Shown here piece after piece: positions 51,741-63,785 of a DNA stretch of 64,000 bases. A program made the position numbers and the translations under genes. Each line of letters opens with the position of its first letter. Positions within the stretch are counted from its first letter, which is position 1. This DNA is from Mobula hypostoma (Eukaryota), in contig NC_086108.1 of NCBI RefSeq assembly GCF_963921235.1, forward strand, positions 53,756,001 through 53,820,000, written 5' to 3'. The notes under the pieces are model-generated. The model saw only the letters and a program-made list of their open reading frames with translations. It was not told the origin of the DNA and searched no databases.

Positions 51741-52641
51741 AATCTTTTCAACTGATGCTGACTGACCTGCTGAGTTCCTCCAGCGCATTGTAAGTGTTCC
51801 TTTGACAACAGCATCTGCAGATTATTTTGTGTTTACTGGAGTTCTGAGGCAGCAGTTCCACTAGCTGTGCCACTCTGCTAGTCTGAAGGAGGGAAGGTTC
51901 ACATTTAACTCCCATCCCTGTGAAGAAGGGGATTGGTGAGCTGGACACTGGCAACCCTGGGGAAAGTTTAGGTGAAGGAGTTGAGTGGTTGCCTAGGGAA
52001 GACAAAAGGCAAAAGTGCCTTCCAGCATGCCAGACAGTCAAATTAACAGTGGAGAAAAAAAATCAAAGCTCAGTCTGTAAATTATTTTTTGTTAACCAGA
52101 TTAATAGTTGTCGTTAGTCTTGGTGAGACCTGGATTAGGGAAGGGAGAAATCAACCACGGTACTTGTTCCAATGTGAAGGTGGAAGTGGACGGTGGGATA
52201 GGGTCAGACATGATGGTTGAGCTGTTGGAAGTACTGTTTGTCCTGACTGCTGGGGGAGAAGGTGCCACTTGTGTGAGCGATGAGAGAGGAAGCAAATATA
52301 GGAATATATTATGTTAGAAGTATTTTTAATCCTGGAGTTTCCATGATTAAAGATATTTCTACAATACAAGTGGTCATTTCATTTTATTTTTCTCTAGGTC
52401 TTCCTGACTTTCAGCATGAACCAACCACTCCACACCATTATTTCTCTCCAAATTGAGTCTGGCTCCTTGCTAAGTGTGCAGAAAACAATTTGATCTGGAC
52501 TTATCCCCTGAGATTTATAATCATAGCATCACACAGTCGAACCACATGGAACCAGATCTTTTGTCCCAAATAGTCAATGCCTTTCTATGCTAATCTCATT
52601 TTCCACCATACCTGTGCAAATGCTTTCAAGACACTGTGAAA

Positions 52642-54133
52642 GGTGGGGTGGTAGGTGAGGTCAAGAGGAACCCTATCTCCTGGTAGGATGGCGGGAGGAT
52701 GAGGTGAGAACGGATGTGCATAAAATGGAAGCAATGCGGTTGAGGGCAGTGTTGATGGTAGAGAAAGGGAAGCCCCTTTCTTTGAAGAAGGAGGACATCT
52801 CCTTCGTTCTGGAATGAAAAGCCTCATTCTGAGGGCAGGTGGAGCGGAGACGGAGGAATTGAGAGAAAGGGATGGTGTTTTTACAAGTAACAGGGTAGGA
52901 GGGGGTATAGTCCAGTTAGCTGTGAGAGTCCATGGGTTTGTAATAGACATCAGTAGATAAGCTGTCTCCAGAGATAGAAACAGAGAGATCAAGAAAGAGG
53001 AGGGAGGTGTCAGAAATGGACCAAGTAAATTTGAAAGCAGTATGAGTTGGAGGCAAAGTGGATGAAGACAATGAGTTCTTCATGAGCACAGGAAGCAGCA
53101 CCAGTGCAGTCATCAGTGTAGCACAGGAAAAGTGTGGGACCAACGCTGGTGTCGGCTTGGAACATAGACTGGTCCATGTAGCCAACAAGTAGGCAGGCAT
53201 AGCTGGGACCCATGTGAGTGCCCATGGCTAAACCTTTCATGTGACGGAAGTGGGAGGAGCCAAAGGAGAAATTACTTAGAGTGAGGACAAATTCTGCTAG
53301 GCGGAGGAGAGTGGTGGTGGAGAGGAACTGGTTGGGTCTGGTGTCCAGAAAGAAATGGAGAGCTTTGAGGCCTTCTTGGTTGGAAATAGGAGTGTATAGG
53401 GACTGGACATGCACAGTAAAAATAAGGTGATGGGGTCAGGGAACCTGAAATTATTGAAAAGATCCAGAGTGTGTGAAGTGTCATGGATGTAAGTAGGAAG
53501 GGACTGAAATGGGGGGATAAAACAGAGTTGAGGTATGCAGATATAATTTCAGTGGGGCAGGACCAAGCTGAAACAATGGGTCTACCTGGACAGGTGGGTT
53601 TGTGGATCTTGGGGTAGGAGGTAGAAACAGGAGGTGCGGGGTGCGGGAACTATGAGTTTGGTGGTGGTGGATGGGAGATTCCCAGCGTCGATAAGGTTGG
53701 CGATGGTGTGGGAGACAATAGCCTGGTGTTCCTTAGTGGTGTCCTGTTGAAGGAGTAAGTAAGAGGAGGTGTCTGAGAGTTGTCACTGGGCCTCAGCAAG
53801 ATAGAGATCAGTATGCCAGACTAATACAGCACCCCACTTTCTGAGGGTTTGATGGTGAGGTTAGGGTTGGCGCGGAGGGAGTGGAGAGCAGAGCATTCGG
53901 AAGGAGTCAGGTTGGAATTGGAGAGAGGAATGTTGAAGTTTAGACGGTTGATGCCCCATTGGCAGTTGGCAGTGTAAAGATCCAGAGCAGGCAGAAGACC
54001 AGGGCAGGGTGTCCAGGAAGAGGAGGAGTGTTGAACACGGGAGAAGGGGTAATTGGTGTGGGGTGGAGAGTCCTTGCCAAAGAAATAGGCTCGGAGATGG
54101 AGGTTCCAGAAGAAAAGCTCAACATCCTCAGTG
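52642..54133 (-). mobile_element. PLE 5' segment, decayed reverse transcriptase, inverted relative to its 3' segment
   Basis: VQSLYTPI, GLAMGTHMGPSYACL, LFLCYTDD (YIDD-like), LFLDLSVSI, TDVYYKPMDSH and DRVPLDLTYHPT, with several frameshifts. Confidence 0.92.
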
Positions 54134-55160
54134 CTACCCTACCAGAGATAGGGTTCCTCTTCTCCTCACCTACCACCTCAGCAGCCTCCGTGTCCAGCAC
54201 ATAATTCTCCACAACTTATGCCAACTCGAATGGGATCCCACCACCAAGTGCACCTTTCCCTTACCCCACTTTCTGCTTTCCGCAGGGATCGCTCCCTACA
54301 TGGCTCCCTTGTCCATTTGTTCCTCTCCACTGATCTCCCTCCTGGCACTTACCCTTACAAGAGGAACAAGTGCTACACTTTCCCCTACATCTCCTCCCTC
54401 ACTACCATTCAGGGCCCCAAACAGTCCTTCCACGTGAGGCGACACTTCACCTGTGAGTCTGTTGGGGTCATGTACTGTGTTCGGTGCTCCTGGTGTGGCC
54501 TCCTGTACATCGGTGAGACCCAATGTAGATTGGCAGACCACTTTGCCAAGCACCTACGCTGCAGCAGAAAAAGCGGGATCTGTCAGTAGCCACTCATTTT
54601 AATTCCACTTCCCATTCCCATTCTGATATGTCTATCCATGGCCTCCTCTACTGTTGTGATGAGGCCTCACTTAGGTGGAGGAATAACACCTTATATTCCG
54701 TCTGGGTAGCCTCCAACTTGATGACATGAACATCAATTTCTCAAACTTCCAGTAATGTCCCTCTCCCGTCACCTTCACCATTCCTCATCCTCTTTTCCCT
54801 CTCTCACTTTATCTCCTTGCCCGCTCATCACCTCCCTCTGGTGCTCCTCCCCACTTTTCTTTTCCCATAGCCTTCTGTCCTCTTCTGTCAGACTCCCCCT
54901 TCTCCAGACCTGTATCATTTTCACCAATCAACTTCCCAGCACTTTACTTCATCCCTCCCCTTCCCAGTACTTTACTTCATCCCTCCCCTTCCCAGTTTCA
55001 CCTATCACCTTGTGTTTCTCTCTCCCCCACCTTCTAAATCTACTCCTCAACTTTTTTTCTCCAGTCCTGCTGAAGGGTCTCGGCCCAAAATGTCAAAGGT
55101 ACTCTTTTCCATGAATGCTGCCTGACCTGCTGAGCTCCCCCAGCGTTTTGTGTGTGTTGC
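54132..55160 (+). mobile_element. PLE 3' segment: Cys linker, GIY-YIG, UTR, decayed hammerhead (55063-55098) and tail
   Basis: DRVPLLLTYH...HFTCESVGVMYCVRCSWCGLLYIGETQCRL. Hammerhead remnant agtc-CTGCTGA-agggtctcggccc-AAAATGTC. Confidence 0.92.
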
Positions 55161-56389
55161 TGCTGTATAACTGAAGCATTCCAAACCAGGCCAAAATGTG
55201 GTGAACCTCTACTGCTACCATATCCTTTCTATAGTGTGGTAACCAGAAATGCACACAGTATTATAAGTCTGACCTAACCAATACCTTGTACAGCTGCCAT
55301 ATAACATCCTAACTCTTATATTCAATCTATGAAGTCAAATAAGTTCACTGCCCTATTCACCTATGTTGCCATTTTCAGGGAGCTAGGACTTTGAACTTCA
55401 AAGTCTCCCTGTATGTCTGTGCTTGTTAAATCCCCATTACATGAGCTGCTGATATTACATGACTAAAAATGCATTACATCACTTGTCTTGATTAAACTTA
55501 ATCTGCCACTACTCCACCCAACTTTCCAGCTGATCTAAATTTCTCTATCTATAGGCAATTAACCTCGCTAACTACAAATCTTCATGTCATCAGTAAACTT
55601 ACTTATCAGAGCACAGAACTTCACATTCAAACATCAAAGGTTCCAGCAACAATTCCTGTGGTACAACACTGATTACAGACTTTCAGATAAATAAACCCCA
55701 CCACCACATTCTACATCCTATCACCAAGCCAATTTTGGATCTATTTTCACAAAACCCTTTGGACCCCATGTTCCTTAACTTTCTGGCCAGTCTGCCATGT
55801 AGGACCTTGTCAAAAACCTTGCTAAAGACCACGTGTATCATGTCTACCACCTTGCCTTCACTAATTTTCTTAGTAACTTCATCTAAAATACTTTGGAAGG
55901 GGATCCCAAAATGTGTTAGGCAGGATTTCGCATTCACAAAACTGTGCCAAATCCTTCCAATTGGTCTTTGCTTTTACAAGTGATTATAATTTTTCCAGTA
56001 GTTTCCCTTCTACAGAGATCAGGCTCAAAGGCTTGTAGTTTTCTTGGCTTATTGCCTCTGCCCTTCTTGAACTTGGGAATAACATTCACTGCCCTCCAGT
56101 GCTTTGATACCTCATCCATGGCTAAAGAAGATGCAGACATCTCTGTCAGAGCCCCAGCAATCTCTTCCCTTGCTTCCCATCATTGAGAGAGGTTTTATCA
56201 GGACCTGGAATTTTGTCCACTTTAGTGTGCATCAATATATCTAACACTACTCTTTCCTGATACACACAGCAAAGTCAAAAATCATAGGAGTACATGAAAG
56301 TGTGCACAGGAGCAGTGAACAACTTTTACTTACAGCAGTATCATAGGTACATAGCAGCATTCACGCACAAAAAAAACCAAATTGTAACG

Positions 56390-56584
56390 TCGCAAACACG
56401 AGGAAATCTGCAGATGCTGGAATTTCAAGCAACACACACAAAAGCCAGGCAAAATCTCCCCCTCCCCCTCCCACTTTCAAATTTCTTACTATCTCTTCTT
56501 TCAGTTAGTCCTGATGAAGGGCCTCGGCCTGAAACGTCGACTGTACCTCTTCGTAGAGATGCTGCCTGGCCTGCTGCGTTCACA
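56390..56584 (+). mobile_element. Short PLE insertion: inverted tail (56390-56444) plus forward 3' end
   Basis: CAAACACGAGGAAATCTGCAGATGCTGGAATTTCAAGCAACACAC followed by the UTR, hammerhead and GATGCTGCCTGGCCTGCTGCGTTCAC. Confidence 0.85.
56507..56542 (+). ncRNA. Minimal type I hammerhead ribozyme, intact core
   Basis: AGUC-CUGAUGA-A-GGGC(CUCG)GCCU-GAAAC-GUC-GACU; predicted cut after 56538. Confidence 0.8.
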
Positions 56585-56990
56585 TAGTCATAGTCATACT
56601 CATACTTTATTGATCCCGGGGGAAATTGGTTTTCGTTACAGTTGCACCATAAATAATAAATAGTAATAGAACCATAAATAGTTAAATAGTAATATGTAAA
56701 TTATGCCAGTAAATTATGAAATAAGTCCAGGACCAGCCTATTGGCTCAGGGTGTCTGACCCTCCAAGGGAGGAGTTGTAAAGTTTGATGGCCACAGGCAG
56801 GAATGACTTCCTATGACGCTCTGTGCTGCATCTCGGTGGAATGAGTCTCTGGCTGAATGTACTCCTGTGCCCACCCAGTACATTATGTGGTGGATGGGAG
56901 ACATTGACCAAGATGGCATGCAACTTAGACAGCATCCTCTTTTCAGACACCACCGTGAGAGAGTCCAGTTCCATCCCCACAGTACGCACA
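56583..56990 (-). mobile_element. Young Rex1-like LINE 3' end with a (GACTAT)n tail
   Basis: KRMLSKLHAILVNVSHPPH...RSTFSQRLIPPRCSTERHRKSFLPVAIKLYNSS. Confidence 0.85.
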
Positions 56991-57014
56991 CCAACGACTT
57001 TTATAAATTATAAC

Positions 57015-57835
57015 AATATTGATAGGATGCAGAGATGGGCTGATAAGTGGTAGATGGAGTTCAACCTGAGAAGGTGTGAAGTACTTCAGTTTGGAAAGTT
57101 GAATGTGAAGGCAGAATATAAGGTTCCGGAAGGATTCTTAGCAGTGTGAAGGAACAGAGGGATTTTGAGGTGCACGTCCTTAGATCCCTTAAGTTACTGT
57201 GCAAGTTGACAGGATTGTTAAGTAGGGTCTATGGTGTGCTGGTCTTCATTAATCAGGGAACTGAGTTCATGAGCTATGGGGTAATGTTGCAGCTCTATTA
57301 AACTCTGCTTAGACCACACTTGGAATATAATGTTTAGTTTTGATCATCTTATTATAGGAAGGATGTGGAAGCTTTAGAGAGGGTACAGAGGAGATTTACC
57401 AGGATGCTATCTGGATTGCAGAGCATGTCTTAAGAAGAGAGGCTGAGCAGATTAGGGCTTTTCTCTCTGGAGCAAAGGAGGATGAGAGATTACTTGATAG
57501 GGTTGTGCAAGATGAAAAGAGGCATTGATGCAGTGGACAGCCAGGAACTTTTTCCCAGGGTGGAAATGGCAAATACGAGGGGGCATAATTTAAGGTGATT
57601 GGAGGAAAGAGTAGGGGGGATGTCAGATGTAGTGTTTTACACAGAGAGTGGTGAGCGCATGGATTGCACATCCAAGGATGCTGGTAGAGCCAGATACATT
57701 CAGGACACTTAGACGCATGGATGATAGAAAAATCAAGGGCCATGTTGGAGGGAATGGTTAGATTGATCTTAGGGTAGGTTAAAAGTTTGGCACAACATCG
57801 CTGGCCAAAGGTCTTGTACTGTGCTGTTATGTTGT
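57015..57835 (+). mobile_element. CR1 RT C-terminus and 3' end
   Basis: IDRMQRWADKW; GTTCAACCTGAGAAGGTGTGAAG...GGAGATTTACCAGGATG...GGCACAACATCGCTGGCCAAAGG. Confidence 0.85.
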
Positions 57836-57949
57836 ATACACAACTTTTACAAGAAGGAACACAATCAGAACCCAAAAAAAGCCAATTATAATAAAGCAAT
57901 GCTGCTCAAGATTTCCAACATCTTCAGAATCTCTTGTTTCCTGCATTAT

Positions 57950-58900
57950 AGTGTAAAGTGGTTATAGTGTTGCTCTCTTGAGGTAATGATTGGGGTTGTG
58001 CAGGTTGATTCAAGAACAGAATGGTTGAAGGGAAGTAGCTGTCCTTGATGTAAGGCAAAAGACTTCTGTACCTCCTGCCTGACAGTAGCTACAAGAATAT
58101 GGCATGGTCCAGATGGAGGGGATCTTTAATGATAGATATTGTCATCTTAAGACAGTGCTTCTTGTAGGTAGGACTGAAGCTGGGCAGGGATGTGCCCATG
58201 ATATACTGAGCTGTGTCTACCGCTCTCTACAACTTCTTGCATTCTTGTGCATTTGAATTCCCCTACCTGATCACGGTGAAACCATCAAGATACTTTCAAC
58301 AGTACATATGTGTAAGTTTTGTTAGATTGTTCAGTGACATGATAAACCTTCTAAGAAAGTAAAGATGCTGGTGTGCCTTTCCAATGATTGCATCTATGTG
58401 CTGAGGCTCGCACTGGTCATCCAATAGTTAATGTCCAGGAATTTAAAACTACTGACCGTATCCACCTTTGATCCACCAATATAGACTGGAGCGTGTTTTC
58501 CAGCCTAATGTCACCAGTCTGTTCTTCAGTTTTACTGAGGTTGAGCAAGAGGCTGTTGTTGAGGCACCTGTCAGTCAGGTATTCTAGCTCACTCTTATGC
58601 ATTGACTCATCACCACATGTGATTCATTTAACAACATTGTTGCCATCTTTGAGCAGACCTACTTTTTCCCTAGTTACCCTCTTACCTCTGATGTATTTTT
58701 AAACGATTCTGGAATTCCCCTTAATTCTGTTTGCCAGGACCATTTGGTGTGCCCTTATTGCCCCAAGTGCTTTCTTAAAGTCTTTCCTATATCCTCCATA
58801 AATATCAAGGGACTCATTTGATAACAATTTCCTGTACCTGACATATGCTTCCTCCTTCTCCCTGATCAAGCTCTCAATTTTCTTTGTTTCCCTGATCTTA
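57950..58900 (-). mobile_element. Decayed Rex1-like fragment (57950-58645) and CR1 fragment (58650-58900)
   Basis: CLNNSLLLNLSKTEE (Rex1-like) and IREKEEAYVRYRK...LANRIKGNS (CR1-like). Confidence 0.7.
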
Positions 58901-59599
58901 AGTGGTATAATGATCCATTCCAGCTTAATGCTTGGCTCAGAGTTTTTGACCATGTTGTAAAATCATTTGAACATATGGTGCAGTATTTATTTTATGAAAT
59001 GGAAAATAGTTGACTAGTTCATATTAATAAGTTAATGAAATATAAATAATATTTCAGCTGAACCTGGATGCTGCATTTTAAGACCTTTTCTTTGGATGGA
59101 TGAGTTACTGGTACTATTATTAATAGTTTGAGACCAACTACAGGAAACAAAGGCTGCAAGCTTCCTTAAAGCACTTATTCTTGGCAGAGTTTCCACCGTA
59201 TTACCAGCACAGAAACTGGTGGAGTGGGAACAGTACCAAGGATATTTTTTTAAACTTAATTCTTACAGCTGCGGTGTTGGTAATGGAGGAGGACTGAATT
59301 AGAATTGCAACCAAGTGAAGTTAGGACTAATTCTTTTCCAGTTTTCATATTCTGGTCAGAACATCCAAGGAGGAAGGTTCAGGGGAAAGAAAAAGAGAGT
59401 TTCGGATCCTCCATTATCATAACATGGCAACACAATAGAATAAGCATTTGGCAGAGGAACAGACCTGAGCTCACTAAAAGTAAAGCTAATAAAATTAATA
59501 TTAAAATTCTGTTAGAAAATAATTTGGTAAATGATAGTTGATACCATCGAAGATCTCGTCATAACTATCTGACTAGCATATCCAGTTGACATCCCAATT

Positions 59600-60130
59600 T
59601 GATGGACTACGTCAGACTAAGAGTAGGCCATTCAACCCTTGAGTGTTTTATGTCTTTCAATAAGATCATGACTTAATCTCCACCCTGACTCTATCCTCCT
59701 GTTCTGGCTCCAATTCTGTTAATAGAAATAGAGAGCTTCAAGCATGGAACAGTTGCTCAATTTCACCACACACTGTATCATAGCTTCTATACAATTGCCT
59801 CTTGCTTTGCTTCCTTTGTCAGTAATGAACCTCTTTTACTATGAATATTAATTGTGTCTCACATCAAATATTTTGTCTTTAGGAAATAAAAACTATTCAT
59901 CTCACATATAATGTTCCCTGAACTTATATCTACAGCTTTTTGCATGTGAGAGTTTCACATTCTCTTTGGAAAAACAAACATGATTCCTGACTAATCTGCT
60001 CAATAGGCTAGCTTTGATTTTGAAGTTATATCCGCTTGTCTTAGATATCATGACCAAAGGAAGTGGCTCCTCTGTCAATCCCGTCAAAATCCTGAAAGCT
60101 TCAATCAATGCAGTCCTTGAATTCTGATAA
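59600..60130 (-). mobile_element. Old CR1 3' region
   Basis: GAGTAGGCCATTCAACCCTTGAG...TTCAATAAGATCATGA and the MIEAFRILTG remnant. Confidence 0.5.
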
Positions 60131-61249
60131 AGTGCCAGACAGTTACCAATGATTGAAGCTCACAGGAGGTCTTGGGTAAAGAGCCTTTGAAAAAGCATTG
60201 GATTCGTTATCCCAGGCTTGCATATCCTGTCAGGGGCTGCATCCTTGTTGCAAACTGTTTCAATTCCCAGATACAGTAATATTAAACTTCGTGGCTGGGT
60301 CAGTGAGGCAGCAGTGGACTCTGTGTTCAGATGATACAGCAAAGATTTAAACTAATAGAGTTCAGCATTTGACTAATGATGGAAATTAAAGTCCAAAGTG
60401 AAAACTTGCAAATTACAATATTGCACTGTGAAGTAACACTCTTACTGCCGTGTTAGAAATAATCACTGGGCAGGTTCTATCCCAGGCATGGATTGTGGAT
60501 TCAAGTTCCTAATGGCCATGGTGAAACTGGCCAGACTGCACGCAAGTACCATGTTATCTGCTTTGTCAGTGTGATTAAAGTGGTCTACCAGGATATAGAT
60601 GAGTATATTCTGTATCAGATGCATTGTGATCTGGAGGGAAATGGAATTTGGTAGGTTAACTCTTTTTTAACCAGCACAGACGCAGTGGGCCAAATGATGA
60701 CCTGAGTGTTGTAAATGTTGGGTTATAACATTAATTTCCATGCACAGAGGGAACAAGCAAAATAAATAATGCAGAGTCCTCAGAGATGTTAATTGGCAAT
60801 ATGTTTGTTTGCTCTTTGTGAGGTTTTGTTGTCTTCACATGGGCTTCCTCTATAACACTAACAGATCCTGAAGTAATCAATTAGCTACAAAACATTTTGG
60901 AACATCTAACAATTGTGGAAGGTGATACATAATTCCATTTTCATTTTTGATGTTGATCATATCTAATGGGGTAGAGAAAGTACTCGTGAAGATAAGTTTT
61001 GGTCTTTCCAGTACAGCAAAACAAATTCAGGGGCATTCTGCAAATTCAGGACAGGTTTGAAGGTTGATTAAAAGTTTGAAAGACCTGCTGGTGTAAATAT
61101 TTGAGACCAGAACATGAGAAATGGCCAGTTTCAGATATGGGACGAGGTTCAGCATTCCACAGGGAAGAAACAAAATACAGTAGAATTAACACTCAATAAT
61201 ATTTTGCATTCTCTCAGGAAGTGGCTAACATAGTTTTGAGGTGCTTGGA

Positions 61250-61500
61250 AGTAGGTACAAGGGGCAAGTTTTTCACACAATGAGTGGTGGGTGAGTGGAA
61301 TGCACTGCCAGCGAAGGTGGTAGAGCTGGATACAATAGGGGTTTTTAAGAGACTCTTAGATAGGTACATGGAGCTCTGAAAAATAGAGGGCTATGTAGTA
61401 GAGAAATTCTGGGCAGTTTCTAGAGTAGGTTACATGGTTGGCACAACATTGTGGGCCGAAAGGCCTGTAACATGCTGTAGATTTCTACATTTCTATGTTT
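61250..61500 (+). mobile_element. CR1 3' end
   Basis: GAGTGGTGGGTGAGTGGAATGCACTGCCAG...GGCACAACATTGTGGGCCGAAAGGCCTGT...TTCTATGTT. Confidence 0.85.
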
Positions 61501-63454
61501 TGTGACTGTTGTACTAAATTCAAAGGACATCCTCCTCCATGTTCCCAACAACCTTGGTATTCTGTTGATAAGTTAAGAAAGCATATTAGACGTGCAACAC
61601 AACACTGAAACTGACTCTTCAATTGACTCAGGAAAAGATTGTCAAAAGCAATCCCTGAATAATAGCAATGCCTGTTTAAATTCTTCTGGGACTCTTATCC
61701 AAATAGCATTTGTTATCCCTTCTTGTCCATAATTGATATACGCTGATGCACTAGATAACAGATTTCTGGCATTAGAAGCAAATGTCACTACTGCAAGCGC
61801 CCATCAATGAGGCAATGCATTGGAACAGTTCCAGCATTTCAATAAGTTATAAATGCCCTGGAACAAAAAAAATGCCAAGTATTATTCAAAATAACCATAT
61901 AGCATATTGGAGCGCTCAAGTTTTCTTAGAGAACATGCTTGTTTTGTCCTGCATTATTATTGGAGTAACTTGCTTAGATTAGGCTATTTTTCTGCACATG
62001 TCTTTTAGAAATTTAAAATGAAAGGCAGATAAATATACTGCACTAGTACAGAAAATAAAGAACAGGATGGTTCCAGGTTCAGTATGTGGTTGGTAGTTAT
62101 CTGATCCCAGCCAGACCACAACATTCCTGCTGCACAGGCATGGCCGGAGAACAGAAACAGGAGGAAAAATAAATTTAATCTACTCCTGATCGCCATCCAG
62201 TGATCCAGCTGGGTAAGCACACATCTGGAGGGCGATTCATTGAGCAGTCAACTGCAGATGGTCTTAGTTTTCTAGAAGTTAGAGCAGAGCAGGAGTGTTA
62301 AATCAACGAGTTCAGGGTCTCCGCGTAATTAGAGTTAATCCAACAGGAGTGCACTGCACTGATTTTTATTTCTGCTGTGGATATTTTTGGTTTGTTCTTT
62401 CTGGGTGTTTTCATTAGGTGACTCCACCTTCTGGTGCCTCTTTGACCAGATGTCTCAGGAAAATTGGTGCGTGCCAGGATATCTGAGAACACTCATGAGG
62501 CTTGCGCAGTCTTAGTGCAGCTTGTGAGAGACTGGAGTTCTTATCCAGGCAAGATCTTGTGTGAAATGAAGACACAAGTGACAGTAAATGCTGAAATCTG
62601 AAGCAACGATCAATCTGCTGGAAGAGCACAGCATTTGAGTGCATCTGTGTTAATATTTCAGATCAAAATCCTGTTTCAGGACCTAGTGAAAAACCAGAGG
62701 GGAGGCAGAAAGAGGGACTCACAGAACTTCCATCTGAGAGAGAGAGGAGGAAAACTCCTTCAAAGCTGGCACTCCTTGAAGAGACTTTGCAGTGCAGCAG
62801 TACAATGGAGGAATGAGACTGATTTCCTTCCATTGATGCAGTTGGGCTGCTGAGGTCCTCAAAAGGATCATTTGTTATCTTCTATGAAAGTTGAAATATA
62901 CCCATTCTGATAACTGATGTGGAGCACATGGATAAGAGGAGAACTGAATCTCGGGTCACCAATGCTAACTGAACACATGCATGAGCTATGGCTGCAGTCA
63001 CACTCATCTTCACACATTCACTTCCATCAATCTTAATGAAATTGGAAGTGTATACAATCATGGTTTCTTAGTGTTGCTGACCGAAAGTGAACTTCCACAG
63101 CATGGTGTCTCAGTTTTAGGAGCAGAGGGTAATGTAGCAAAATATGTGTATTAATAATCTGGAGTCATTCTGGAGAGCAGTGCCTGCTTGCGTTGCACAT
63201 ATTGTGTTAGAGTCAGTGAATGTGTGCTTACCCAAGAGGGATAATAAAGCACCACATTTCTCAAGCCCATACCCGATTAAAGTACATTTGAATGTAGTAT
63301 CTGTTGGAGTATCACTAAATAAGGTAGACAACTTGCGCACAGCATTCTTCTACGAACATGAAGGAAATAGATGACCTGAAGTGGAAGAAGTTAGATGAAA
63401 GGAAGTGATAGAGATAGAAAAGTAAACATCCAGTGTTGTTATTGAATGCTTATG

Positions 63455-63785
63455 AATGTACCTTTTTCCCAGTGTTGAAATATCTAATGCCAGAGGACAT
63501 GCATTTAAGGTGAGGGGGGTAAATTCAAAGGAGATGTGAGGGGCAAGTTTCCCCTCCCACACAGAAAGTGGCAGGTGCCTGGAAGGCACTGCCTGGGGTG
63601 GTGGTAGAGACAGATACACTAGAGACTTCAAAAAAAAATGTTTCAATAGGCACATGAATGAGGAAAGTGGAAGGATATGGACGTTATGTAGGCAGAAGAG
63701 ATTAGTTTAATTGACCATTTGATTACTAATGTAATAGGTTCAGCACAACATTGTTGGCTGAAGGGCCTGTTCCTGTACTGTTCTA
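63455..63785 (+). mobile_element. CR1 3' end
   Basis: CCAGAGGACATGCATTTAAGGTGAGGGGG...CAGCACAACATTGTTGGCTGAAGGGCCTGTTCCTGTACTGTTCTA. Confidence 0.85.

Larger units (their letters stand above)
50077..51834. mobile_element. Fold-back (inverted, head-to-head) Penelope-like insertion with two GIY-YIG/UTR/hammerhead arms
   Basis: The minus arm at about 50074-50886 and the plus arm at about 50996-51801 are near-identical reverse complements, separated by a spacer of about 110 bp. Both arms encode (V/I)IYCIxCSRCGLLYIG. TSD ACTGGAG(C/T)TCTGAGG at 50062-50076 and 51835-51849. Confidence 0.93.
49815..51880 (-). mobile_element. V-SINE-like element split by the fold-back PLE (pieces 49815-50076 and 51850-51880)
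   Basis: GTCAGGCTTGAACCCAGAACACTGGAGCTCTGAGG resumes as CAGCAGTTCCACTAGCTGTGCCACT (reverse-complement tRNA head). Confidence 0.7.
52520..56250 (-). mobile_element. CR1 LINE (3' end at about 52520-52637, RT at about 55165-56250) disrupted by a PLE
   Basis: CR1 RT motifs EGKVVDMIHVVFSKVFDKVLHGRL and WRAVNVIPKFKKG. Confidence 0.8.

Noticed and set aside
52642..55160. Active autonomous PLE or domesticated RT gene
   Set aside because: It has multiple frameshifts and stops, an altered YTDD motif, a split orientation and a mutated hammerhead.
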